64,000 nt of DNA. Source: the human T2T-CHM13v2.0 reference genome, Homo sapiens. The position numbers were made by a program, and so were the translations under genes. The notes below the pieces were generated by a model. The model searched no databases and was not told the DNA's origin. It saw nothing but the letters and a program-made list of their open reading frames with translations. Of this stretch, positions 35,241-64,000 are shown piece by piece; within the stretch, counting starts at the first letter, position 1; the number at the start of each line of letters is the position of its first letter. The stretch lies in assembly GCF_009914755.1 (NCBI RefSeq), contig NC_060925.1; one strand, written 5' to 3'.

Positions 35241-36148
35241 AATAAAGAGCACAGACACTATCTTGAATCCACAGAAAAGTATCCTGCAGAGGGCTGACCT
35301 TACTGCCTGTGTGCAGGCTCCTTCTTGAATTATGCTGAGAAGGCTTCTAGTTCAGCGGAGGATCATGAGGATGAGGAGCATGCACTACGGATGACTGAGT
35401 AGTGAGGCTGAAATACCTAGGTCCCCAAGGGCTCTGAAACAGAGCCATTCTATTCACCCTGGGCTGCCTCTCACAGGACTTCCACCTGAGAGAAAAAGCT
35501 CCTCTCTCCCTTGGGTTCCTGTTATTCTGAGTCTCAGTTCTTTGCAGATGAACCCAATTCTAACTAATAGGAATAGTAATAGAAAAGAAGCCACTGTAAC
35601 AAAATTGTACCAAATAAAATAGAATTTAGGGCTAAAAGTAATAAATAGAAAGTAGGACAGTATCTGATGATAAAAGGATTGATCAAAAAATCATAAATTT
35701 AAATGGACTTATTAATATAGCTTGTTATATGTTAGTAGACTATAAGAAATGATAGTTTAAGTGGACAAAAATAGTATTAAATAAGAAAGAGTGTACATAT
35801 ACAAAAATTACCATGTATTATGTCCTAAAGTTTATTCTTAGTTGCTGAAAAATGAATCTACTCAAGCTAATTTAAGCAGAGAAGAGCTAATAAGATATTA
35901 GGTAACTCCCCAGTTCTCCAGGTAGGGCTGACAGCCAGGTTTGTATATCAGGACCCACACATCTAGGAAAAATGCCTACTCACATCATGAGATTGTCCTA
36001 GCAGAAACATCACTGCCGTCGCCTCCACCACTTGACACTCTGCACCTTTGACAGTAGGAACAAGATCCCAGTCAGTGCTCCCTGCAGGAGGCGGCAGCCT
36101 CATTCTGTCTAGTGCAGAATGGCTGCTTGATGGAAGCTAGTTAAGTAA

Positions 36149-36503
<355 letters not shown>

Positions 36504-36539
36504 GCCCAGTTTTATATGCAAGCTCTGTTACACCTTCAT

Positions 36540-36960
36540 AGAAGAAATAAGCCCTTATAGATGTTTTTCATAGAATAGAAAAAGAGGGAAAGCTGTCCAA
36601 CTCACTTTATGAGACTAGTATAATGTTGATACTCCCCAAAATAAGAAGAGTACAAGAAAATACAATTGTAAGCCATGCTCTCTTATGAATGTAGATGCAA
36701 ACCTTTTTTAAAAAAGTTAACAAATCAGAAAACCAAATGCCACATGTCCTCATAAGTGGGGGCTAAACATTGAGCACACATGGACATAAACATGGGAACA
36801 GACACTGCAGACTGCTCAAGTAGGGAAGGAGGGAGAGGGGCATGGGTTGAAAAACCACCTATTGGGTACTGTGCTGACTACCTGGGTGCAATATCCCCAA
36901 GTCACAAGCCTGCATCTGTACCTGCTATATCTAAAATAAAAGTCGAAATTTTTTTTAAGT
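36540..36960 (+). mobile_element. L1 fragments (ORF2 piece and L1PB-type 3' end)
   Basis: aactcactttatgagactagtata...; ataagtgggggctaaacattgagcacacatggacataaacatgggaaca. Confidence 0.75.
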
Positions 36961-37059
36961 CACAAATCAAATTTAGTACCATATTAGGAAAAAAACAAAA
37001 ACAAAAAAACAACCTTCCTGGCCAAGTAGGGCCCTTGGGAACACCAGATAGAAAGAGGT

Positions 37060-37270
37060 AATGCAGCCTATGGTTAAGAGACAGGTCTGGAGCCAGTGTA
37101 TTTGCCGCTGTCTAGCTGTATGGCCTGGGGCAATTTACCTAACCTCTCTGCACCTAGGTTTTCTCACCTGTAAAATGAATGTAACAATAGTTCTTACCTG
37201 ATAGGATAGTTGTGTGAACTAAATGAGTAAATTAAGTCAAGAACATAGAAGAGAGACTTAATTAGTTGTC
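37060..37270 (+). mobile_element. MIR
   Basis: ggcaatttacctaacctctctgcacctaggttttctcacctgtaaaatg. Confidence 0.8.
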
Positions 37271-37604
37271 ATTACCTCACCAAATGCAGTGGAGATAGAG
37301 GCCAATAAACAAGGATGCAACACAAGACTGACAGCAGCTGATGCTGGCCAAGGATGACAACAAACCAGAAACCTCCTCCTTCCCTTCATGCCACATGAGT
37401 CTATCAGAGCCCGGATGCTACCTTGGGGACCAACATGGAGCAGGATGGGTAGAAGCTGGAATTAACTGAGCATTGGCTGTGATTGAGATTTTCTGCTACG
37501 TTGTTCCTCTACTGAGAATCCCTACTGATTCTGAAATCTGATCTACGTCTGGAATCTCCTCCTGATCTGTGGGGTATTGCTATCAGATGCAAGAAGACTA
37601 GCTA

Positions 37605-40092
<2,488 letters not shown>

Positions 40093-40600
40093 CTAGGAAT
40101 TTAAGTTAAGGAGTTTTCAAGGTTAACAAAAGGAGATGGGGGTGAGAAAAAAAGAGTACTCTGAGTAAAGGAATCAATATGGAAAAAAAAAACAGATTTG
40201 TTGAACAACATAGCTCACTGGGGAAAACGCGAATAACTCAGTATATTTGGAGTATAGGGTGGGAAGAGGGAAGTGACTAGATTGGAGAAATAGGGGCAAA
40301 CTTACACCATGGAGGGGTTTGCATGCCGAACACGGGAGATAGGACATTAACTATACATAGATGGATGTCTTAGAAAGACAGCCCTCCTGGCAATGGAAAG
40401 GATGGATCAGAGTGAGAAAGAGACTAAATAGGAGGAACTTGACAGGAAGGTGTGAAAGTAGAGAGTGGAGACAAACTAAGGCCACAGAGAGAAAGGGACA
40501 GATTCAAAAGTTTTTTGTGATGTCCATTTTGTTGCTATGAAAGACTAGAGATCCTTAAATTCTTCTGCTGTATATCATCTAAAAATACTCAACAAAATAC

Positions 40601-40602
<2 letters not shown>

Positions 40603-40648
<46 letters not shown>
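40603..40648. repeat. (AC)23 microsatellite
   Basis: Uninterrupted AC run. Confidence 0.97.
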
Positions 40649-40651
<3 letters not shown>

Positions 40652-41214
40652 CTCTGTCTGACTCTTAGATGATTAGAAGGAAAGGGAAACCTGAAGAAGT
40701 CCGGGATGAAATGGGAACATAAAAGCAGGGAGGGGAGTATGAATGAGGAAATTAACCCAAGAAGTTGATGGTGACACCATCAGATAACCTAGAAGCATAC
40801 ATGGACCAATGGCAGGTGCATCACTGCACAGAGGAACCTGGGAATAAAGCCTTGGGCCCACCCAGGGCAGAGAGCCAGCAGAGACCACCACAGGTAAAGC
40901 TAGGACTCAGGAACAGGAAAATACTGTTCCTGGGAACCTGGGGAAAATAATCTTCCCCACAAATGTAGAGAACAGGGAAAATGGTTTGTTTTGCCCTTGG
41001 CTTGAAGAGAAAGTTTTAAAAGTTCCCTGAGAATTTTAGTGATTGACCAACTCTCACACAGGTTTTGGGCCTGAATCTACATGAGTGTCTTAAAAACTGC
41101 AATATACCTCGCCGTGATACACACACATCATAAATCACTATTTAAAATGGACCAGGTCTGGAGTGCCTCAAGGCATAAGTGAGAAATTGAAGAAATCCTC
41201 CTTGGGAAAAATAT

Positions 41215-41823
41215 GGGATTTTTTTTTCTATGGCTGCTATAAAAAAATGCCAAAAATATAGTGACTTAAAACAACACACATTTATTACCTTACAGTTCCA
41301 CGGGTCAGAAGTCCAATGTGAACCTCAATAGGCTAAGATGAAAGTGTAAGCAAGGGGCACAGTGGTGCACACCTGTCATCCTAGCTACTCAGGAGGCTGA
41401 GGTGGGAGGATCACTGGAGCCAGGGAGTTTGAAACCAGGCCAGGCAACATAGCAACCAGCAGGGCTGCATTCCTCTATGGAGGGTCTAAGGGAGAACCCA
41501 TCTTGTCGGTAGAGGCTGACCACATTTCCTGGCTCACAGCCCCCTTTCTCCATTTTCAAAGACAGCAACTTTACACCTGTCTGACTCTTATTCTCCAGTC
41601 ACATCACCTTCTCTTGGTATAGCTAGAAAAAAATCCTCCGTTTTTGTAGGCTGATTTGATTATATTGGGTACACCAGAGAATTCAGAATAATCTTCCCAT
41701 CTCAAGTTCCTTAACCATAATCATATCTGCAAAGTCCCTTTTGCCATGTAAGGCATTTTGTTCACAGGTTCCAGGCATTAGGACATCAGTGTCTTTGGAG
41801 GACCATCATTCTGCCTACCACAA
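41215..41823 (-). mobile_element. MLT1-family LTR with an inserted Alu monomer
   Basis: ttaaaacaacacacatttattaccttacagttc...atctgcaaagtcccttttgccatgtaagg...ttctgcctaccaca. Confidence 0.8.
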
Positions 41824-42107
41824 GGACATCTCAACCCATGCCTCAAAATATTTTTGAGCTTCCAATTTTTAAAAAAGCAATAAAACTAGAGTAGATAAAG
41901 ATTTTGGCTACTGGAGTTATGGGATAAAAAATTTTTAAATAAGAATATTTGGCCAGGTCTGGTGGCTCATGCATGTAATCCTAGCACTTTGGGAGGCCGA
42001 GGTGGGTGGGTTGGTTGAGCCCAGGAGTTTGAGACCAGCCTGGGCAACATGGTGACACCCCGTCCCTACTAAAAGTACAAAAAAATAGCCAGGCATGGTG
42101 GCACTTA

Positions 42108-43420
<1,313 letters not shown>

Positions 43421-43470
43421 GTTTAAAAGTTTTTACATTTGGCTTTTATAGATTTTTGCTTATAAACTGA

Positions 43471-46473
<3,003 letters not shown>

Positions 46474-46477
46474 CCAC

Positions 46478-46774
46478 TTCAATCTTTTAAGTAAACGAGG
46501 TCATCTGATGCAAGCAGCACAAGCCCTCATGTTTCTTGTACAAACCTTTTAAACAGACCTAGCAAAAGTTTAAGTAACAAATTTAGCTAGAGTTGGCTTG
46601 AAAAATCAGGATTCCACAGCAGGGAAGAAAATACATGGCAGAGGGAAAGAAGTTTCAGAAATTAAAAAATATTTACCCATAATAGATTTATACCCACTAT
46701 AGTAACTTCTAGAGTTCTTCCTCACCCATTTAGACAACTTTGCAAATATTTTCCATTTATTAGGAACTATTTGA

Positions 46775-46775
<1 letters not shown>
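46478..46775 (+). pseudogene. Fossil L1-clade ORF2, N-terminal part of the reverse transcriptase
   Basis: One frame with stops: FNLLSKRGHLMQAAQALMFLV...GKEVSEIKKYLPIIDL (46643-46690)...LLEFFLTHLDNFANIFH. This resembles the L1/Tx1 pattern F....G.LP....A.I.L.PK.GKD....NYRPISL...IL.KIL..RL......IH. Confidence 0.6.
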
Positions 46776-49700
<2,925 letters not shown>

Positions 49701-50278
49701 TTTTGTTTGTTTTTTGTTTTGTTTTTTGAGACAAGGTCTCACTGTCACCCAGGCTGGAGTGCAGCTGTACAATGTTGGCTCACTGCAGCCTCAACCACCT
49801 GGGTTCAAATGACCCTTCTGCTTGAACTTAAAAAAAAAAAGACTGAAGTGGAACAAAGTCAAAACTGTATCTTTCATGTAACTTTTTTTGTTATAAAAAT
49901 ATGTCTGTCTCGCCTCTGGGAATGAGAAAATTTTGATTATGCAGATGATCTCTTTCTAATACTTTCTGGTCTTTCTCCAGCAATTGTTAAAATTTTAGCC
50001 AAATTAAAATACTATCCAGCAAATCTTCACAGACAGTTTGAAGTCTGGTTTCTTTCAACAACTGGTGGTCCCCTGACTCGGAGTTACTATGTTTAATAGA
50101 TGAATAGTTGGATGGGATGTCCACCTCTGCAGAGAAAATCCATAAGCCCTTTGAAATCACTGTTGGAGTCCTTCCATGGAGAACAGCCTGAGAGCCTAGC
50201 TTTGGTCTAGGAGTATTCATTTTGTTGACAGACGTGCTAGACTTATTCTTAGGTAAGAAAAACATAAAAATGGTGTTT

Positions 50279-50422
50279 GTTTATTTATTTATTTTGTAGA
50301 GATGGGGTCTCGCTGTGTTGCCCAGGCTGCTCTTGAACTCTTGAACTCCTGAGCTCAGGTGATCTGCCTGCCTCGGCCTCCCAAAGTGCTGGGATTACAG
50401 GAGTGAGCCACCACGCTTGGTC
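50279..50422 (-). mobile_element. FLAM_C/Alu monomer inside the RT fossil
   Basis: TSD aaa(a/c)atggtgttt; removing the Alu and one TSD copy restores the frame. Confidence 0.92.
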
Positions 50423-51151
50423 AAACATGGTGTTTAGACTTAAAGAAAAATACAGCATCGATGAGTGGGTGTCCCTGTATGAATTGAGATACAGTATAGC
50501 CACTTCTGATTATGTGAATACTTGAGGCAATAGGTTCAAGACTGTGGACTCAACAAGGCAATGTCCTTGAATTCTCCCAGAGGTACACTTGCCAGGCAGC
50601 CCCAGCTACACTGCTTCAAGGCATCTTTAGGGAAGAGGATCTGGATGGTTTGGTCTTTACGCTTAAAGTGTCTTGAGCTAAGAATAGACTCAGTTTGAGT
50701 GTGCTGCTACCCTGTGTGAACTGAGAAAATACCCTGGGTAAACTAAGGCTGAGTAGTCTGAACATGTTTGTTTTTGTGAGAACTAAGACATAGAGGGTAG
50801 TTCAAGGATATGTCCATCAACATATTTAATGTTTATATAAATGTTGTTGATTTATAAATGTTGAAAAATGGTGTATCACAGGTAATTTGGGACAAGTTGT
50901 TGCTGTCTTAAGGATGCATTTACAACTCAGACCCAAGACAGCTGAGTGGATTAGACTGTTAATGGATGAGGAAACAAGCAGTGCTTATAGAAATCTCAGC
51001 TGAGGAGCTTTCAGGAATCTAAAAGGCCAGGTCAAAGTTCAGCAAAACAAGGTAGTCAGCCCAGCCTGCTTTTTATATCCCAACCGACAAAAAGACAAGA
51101 GAGTGATCAAGAGGTAGCAGAAATTGTTGTAGAATTTATAATTCCAGATGA

Positions 51152-51491
<340 letters not shown>

Positions 51492-52257
51492 TAACATGAG
51501 TTAATATGTTTTTCGTTTTTAAAGACAAAGAATTGAAAGAGCATGACCTAAAAGCCATGTAATTTGTGCAAATGTTTCACAAACTAATTGAGTTTTTGAG
51601 AGGTATTTGGATGTCTCAAGATCTCAAAAAGTGATTGGTGAGAAGGTTCCTTCCAAGCAGCCAAATAAAATCCTTATGAAGACATAAATCTTCCATTGAT
51701 AAAAGGTATGAAACCAAATTATTGTAAAACATCTGTTTGAAAGAATAAATACTGATAATCATGTTTTACATGCAGACCTAAATATATAACTTTTATTGGT
51801 ATTGTGATAAATCAATAAAGCGAAGATATTATTATGAGTTAAATTGTTTTAACTAATTATTTATCCAGCATACTCAGCATACTCTTACAGAAGAAAAAAA
51901 TTAACTTACCTGCTCCAAAAAAAAGTGAAAGCATACAGACAGAAAAATTATATTACAGTGTAATAATAAGATGCTTTTACATGGTCCTGTCCACACACAT
52001 ACCTACATATATGATAACACATACACAGTTTCTCCATGCCTAACTCTTCAGTGGGGAAAAAAAGGTGTGAATTTGAATCTTGATACCCAAAGACCAGTTT
52101 CTGAATTGAGCATAGGGAGCGATGCCACTCCTTTTCCTTTTATGATAGAAAGAGAAAAATCATATATAGGTTCTGTTTTTGTCTTTGATGCAAATTTTAT
52201 AATTCCAAGTCTTAGAATTTGTATATTGTGTTTAAATTCAAAGGTAATAAAATATAT

Positions 52258-54443
<2,186 letters not shown>

Positions 54444-54479
54444 GACAATGTAGGAAGACTGGGGTGAACTATAACATTA

Positions 54480-54825
54480 AGGACACCATATATATGCCCT
54501 TGTGAAATCCCCTCCCACATGGACTTTAGGCCTGGCTATGAGATTTGCTTTGGACAATGACGCAATAATACTGAAATATAGGCAGAGGCTTCGCATGTGC
54601 TTGTACATGGACTTTCCCCCTTGGAATGCTGCTGCCATCACCACGTGGAAAAGCCAGATCCGGCCCTCCTGAGGAGGAGTAATCACAGGGAGAGAGAGGC
54701 CCAGCTGGCCCACTAGCTGAATGTAGCCAATGAGGGAGCCCAAGCAAGATCAGCAGAACTATGCGGCCAAAGCGGAGAAACGTGAGGAATAATTGTTACT
54801 TTAAGTCACCAAGTTTTGGGGTGAT
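54480..54825 (+). mobile_element. MLT1-family LTR
   Basis: ggctatgagatttgctttggacaatg...gatcagcagaac...tttaagtcaccaagttttggggtgatt. Confidence 0.65.
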
Positions 54826-55017
54826 TCCATACCAAGACCTATACAAAACCTAATTCCAAGGTATTTAGGCTGAAAGAAGGAAAAATACATCATAACCATC
54901 ACACAATCCACATATTAGAGCTTATATACTTCTGTATACTGTACACTGTATATTGTATATTTCTTTAATTGAAAAATACACGGGCTGTTTTCAAAGTCCA
55001 AAATGAGGGCCAGATGC

Positions 55018-56191
55018 TGTAATCGCCACACGTGTTCTTCCTGCCCACTGCACAGATAAAACCAATTCACTGAGACCACAGTATTACAGTACAGAGTTTA
55101 ATGATTGCAAGGCAGCCAAGCAGGACTGGAGTTATCACTCAAAACAGTCCCCCTGAAGGCTCAGAGGTTAGGTTTTTCAAGGATAGTTTGGTGGGCAGGG
55201 AACAAGGGAATGGATGCTGTTGATTGGTTGGGGATGCAATCATAGGGGTGTGGAAAACAATCCTCGTGCACTGTGTACCCCTCTTGTGGGGGCGCAGGAC
55301 TGGCTGAGTCATGAGTCACAGTATGGGTGGGGTCAATCATTTGCCAAAAGTCTGACAAACATCTAAGAAGAACAATCTTGGGTTCTATAATAGTGATGTT
55401 ATCTATAGGAGCAACTGGGGAAGTAAAATCTTGTGACCTCTAGGCTTGACAGAAAGAGATTGGGGAAACTGATGCAAGGCAGGTGAGCCCCAAAGTGGAG
55501 TTTAGCCCACGAGAGTTCTTGGCTTTGTCCAGGAAAGAATTCAAGGGCAAGCCAGAGGTAGGAGAAAACAGCTTTTTTACATTTTTTAAAATTTTATTTT
55601 AAGGACTTTAGAAGAAAACAGCTTTACTGAAGAGGCGGTGTTACATGCAGAGCAGGGTTACCTCTAGGCAGAGAGTAACAGCTCAGGGCAGTTTTGCAGT
55701 CATATTTATACCCATTTTTAACTGCATGTAGATTAAGGGGCGATTTATGCAGAAATTTCTAGGGAAGGGGTAGTCACTTTTGGATCATTGGGTCATTGCC
55801 ATGGAAAGGAGCAGTAACACCCGGGTGTTGCCATGGCAACGGTAAATTGACATGGCACACTGGTGGACATATCTGATTGAAAGCTGTTTTTGCCCTGGCC
55901 TTGTTTTAGCTAGACCTCAATCTGGTCCCATGTCTGAGTCCCGCCTCTGAGTCCTGCCTTCTACCTTAAAACTATGCCTACATTCTAGCAGAATTCAGGC
56001 CCCTCTCATAATCCTAATCTTTTGGCCTTTTATTAGTTTGACAAAGGCAGTTTCAGTTCCCAAACTCAGGTTTAGGGAAGGACTATTATCATTCTTGCTT
56101 TAAAAAATTCCCCCCATGGTTAGCTTGGCCTACCCTGAGGAGTGAGCAAAGACAGCTAGCCTAGAGCCCGTGAGGCTAGAAGCAAGATAGA

Positions 56192-56192
<1 letters not shown>
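55018..56192 (-). mobile_element. LTR8-family (ERV1) LTR, split by a MER66-like LTR
   Basis: tgtaatcgcc...cttcctgcccactgcacagataaaaccaattcactgagacc...; resumes with tatgcctacattctagcagaattcaggcc. Confidence 0.78.
55470..55968 (-). mobile_element. MER66-like (ERV1) solo LTR
   Basis: tgatgcaaggcaggtgagccccaaag...ctacctta; 4-bp TSD aaac at 55466-55469 and 55969-55972. Confidence 0.72.
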
Positions 56193-58099
<1,907 letters not shown>

Positions 58100-58249
58100 C
58101 TATGTTTATATTTCTTCTTCTTGATTTTTTTAGTTACCATTTTGTCGATTTCCCAATACAGAAGATGAGGATTTAGCTTTCTTTTGTACACTCCTTTGCA
58201 TCTCCACCAATCATGTACACTTTCAGTTCTTTAATTCTCCTGAAACTTA

Positions 58250-62087
<3,838 letters not shown>

Positions 62088-62479
62088 TCTTGCAGGCAGC
62101 CTTCTTGAGGAGCAGGTGCAGAGAGAGACAAAGCTGGAGCATAAGATGTGAAAGGAAGGGAGAGGAAGTAGGACTGGTAAGAGAATGAAGTCAAATTCCA
62201 GTACAGGTCCAATAAAGCTTTGGCCAGCCTCGCTAAGAGCTCTGGAGTGAATACTGCCCATCAGAGGTGTCCAGTGGTGGCCATAATGGCTGAGCCTTTA
62301 TAGTCCAGCCTTGCTTAATCACCCAGTTTAGGCTGCAGAGAGCATGACTGTGGGCAAGGCCATTGTCTGCGATTGAAGCAGAGTCTGATGGAACTGACAA
62401 CTGGAGGTAGTCTTTGCAGCTTGGGAGCAAGTCCCTCCTTGAAGGGGGATCTGGGCAGCTCATCTCCATATCTACCACA
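62088..62479 (-). mobile_element. LTR16C-like 5' LTR of the ERVL provirus
   Basis: On -: tgtggtagatatggagatgagctgcccagatcccccttcaaggagggactt...; directly followed by the internal leader. Confidence 0.8.
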
Positions 62480-62599
62480 AGGGCAAACAGATACCCAGCA
62501 TATTCTCTTTTCAAGGAACCAAAAGCTGTACAGTACTTTTCCATTTTTCATCTTTTGGGGATATCTTCACCAGCTGGGGATTTTTTTTTAACCTGGTAA

Positions 62600-63450
62600 G
62601 GGAGGCATAGCAGAGAATGCTATTTGTCCTCTAATATCCATTCTATCCTTCTTCCTTAATATTATAACCCCTGATTTTTAGTTGGGTATATGGCCACCCA
62701 GAATAATGTTGTCAAATGACTAAGTTCTGGCCAATGGGCTATAAGTAGGAATGGTGTGTACAGCTTCCAGGAAGTATCCTTAAAGAGAGGGGACCATGGT
62801 CATCTCTGTCCTTTTTTCTTTCCTGCATAGGACTGTAGACATGATGGCTGGAATTTAAACAGCTATAAAGGACCGAAAGGTAGAAGCCACATGTTGAGAA
62901 TGGAAGAAATTAATTAGGTCCCTGATGGTCACAGAACCACCATACTAATCTAGACTGCCTACTTCTGCATTATGTATACATGATAAAGACATGAATATTA
63001 ATTTTAGCTAAGGACACTTAAAAATATTCTGTTACTTATAAACAAACCTATTCCTATTGGATGCAGAGTTTGGTTCCTATAAATTTGTGCTACACATAAC
63101 CTTAAAAGAAATGTGGTTTTTAGTGGAAGCATTTGGGCAGTGGGTGGTAAAGACTCAGATACTGCAAGATGGAAAACTGGTGACCTTTGTTCTCCAGTTG
63201 CCAGACATTTGGTAAACCTGTTGCCAGCTTTAGAAGACAGATCACACGCCAATCAAAATTGTGGCACGAAGGGAAATGGCTGGAAATATCTATAAACTTG
63301 GTATTTGCTGGCTTTTTCTTGACACTTTAAACCAAGTTCTATGAGATATGAATTCAGGCCAGAAGTAACCAATTTGCATGTAGAAATGGAAAAGAATACA
63401 GTTTTGCTAAAGGAGAAATTCTGCTGTAATCCAAGTGGATTAAAAGTCTC
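62600..63450 (+). mobile_element. Old MLT1 LTR plus MaLR internal fragment
   Basis: tgactaagttctggccaatggg...gtgcagcttcc-like block...atgatggctgg. Confidence 0.6.
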
Positions 63451-63457
63451 ATAATTT

Positions 63458-63799
<342 letters not shown>

Positions 63800-63820
63800 C
63801 TATACCTTTAGACTGAAGTA

Positions 63821-64000
63821 CAGTTGGCCCTCCACATTCATGGGTTCCATATACATGGATTCAACCAACCACAGATCAAAAAATCTTATGAAAAAGGTAC
63901 ACAAAGTTCCAAAAAGCAAAACTTGAATTTGCCACGTGCCAAGTGTTAAATACTATGTTAAATCCATGTGAATGATGTGTAGGCATTGTATTAGGTAATT
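63821..64000. mobile_element. MER2-type (TcMar-Tigger) element, truncated by the window end
   Basis: TA target followed by cagttggccctcc...ggattcaaccaaccacagatcaaaaa. Confidence 0.8.

Noticed and set aside
49987-50265. 92-aa minus-strand ORF with an acceptor-like site
   Set aside because: No recognisable homology; it is antisense to the RT fossil frame.

Overview
Primate (human-like) non-coding genomic DNA that is very repeat-rich. It holds about 60 Alu/FLAM copies, old L1M/L2/MIR fragments, MaLR and ERV1 solo LTRs, a decayed ERVL provirus (58.2-62.5 kb) and hAT/Tigger DNA transposons. I find no intact protein-coding gene, RNA gene or CRISPR array; nearly all ORFs in the track come from Alus or other repeats. 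The most unusual signal is a fossil L1-clade ORF2 on the + strand, in two pieces (46.48-46.78 kb and 49.84-51.75 kb). It carries ordered reverse-transcriptase motifs including YADD, does not look to me like mammalian L1M at DNA level, keeps long reading frames, and was split by an old L1ME insertion. It is a candidate for an extinct L1/Tx1-type lineage or a lost domesticated RT gene. Other notable structures are a 165-bp inverted templated insertion inside an Alu, an AluY inserted in reverse inside another AluY, a four-layer nested insertion, a convergent CTCF-like motif pair and a candidate minus-strand spliced transcript. Repeat subfamily names and protein alignments were made by eye from recalled consensus sequences, and boundaries are approximate unless TSDs are quoted.
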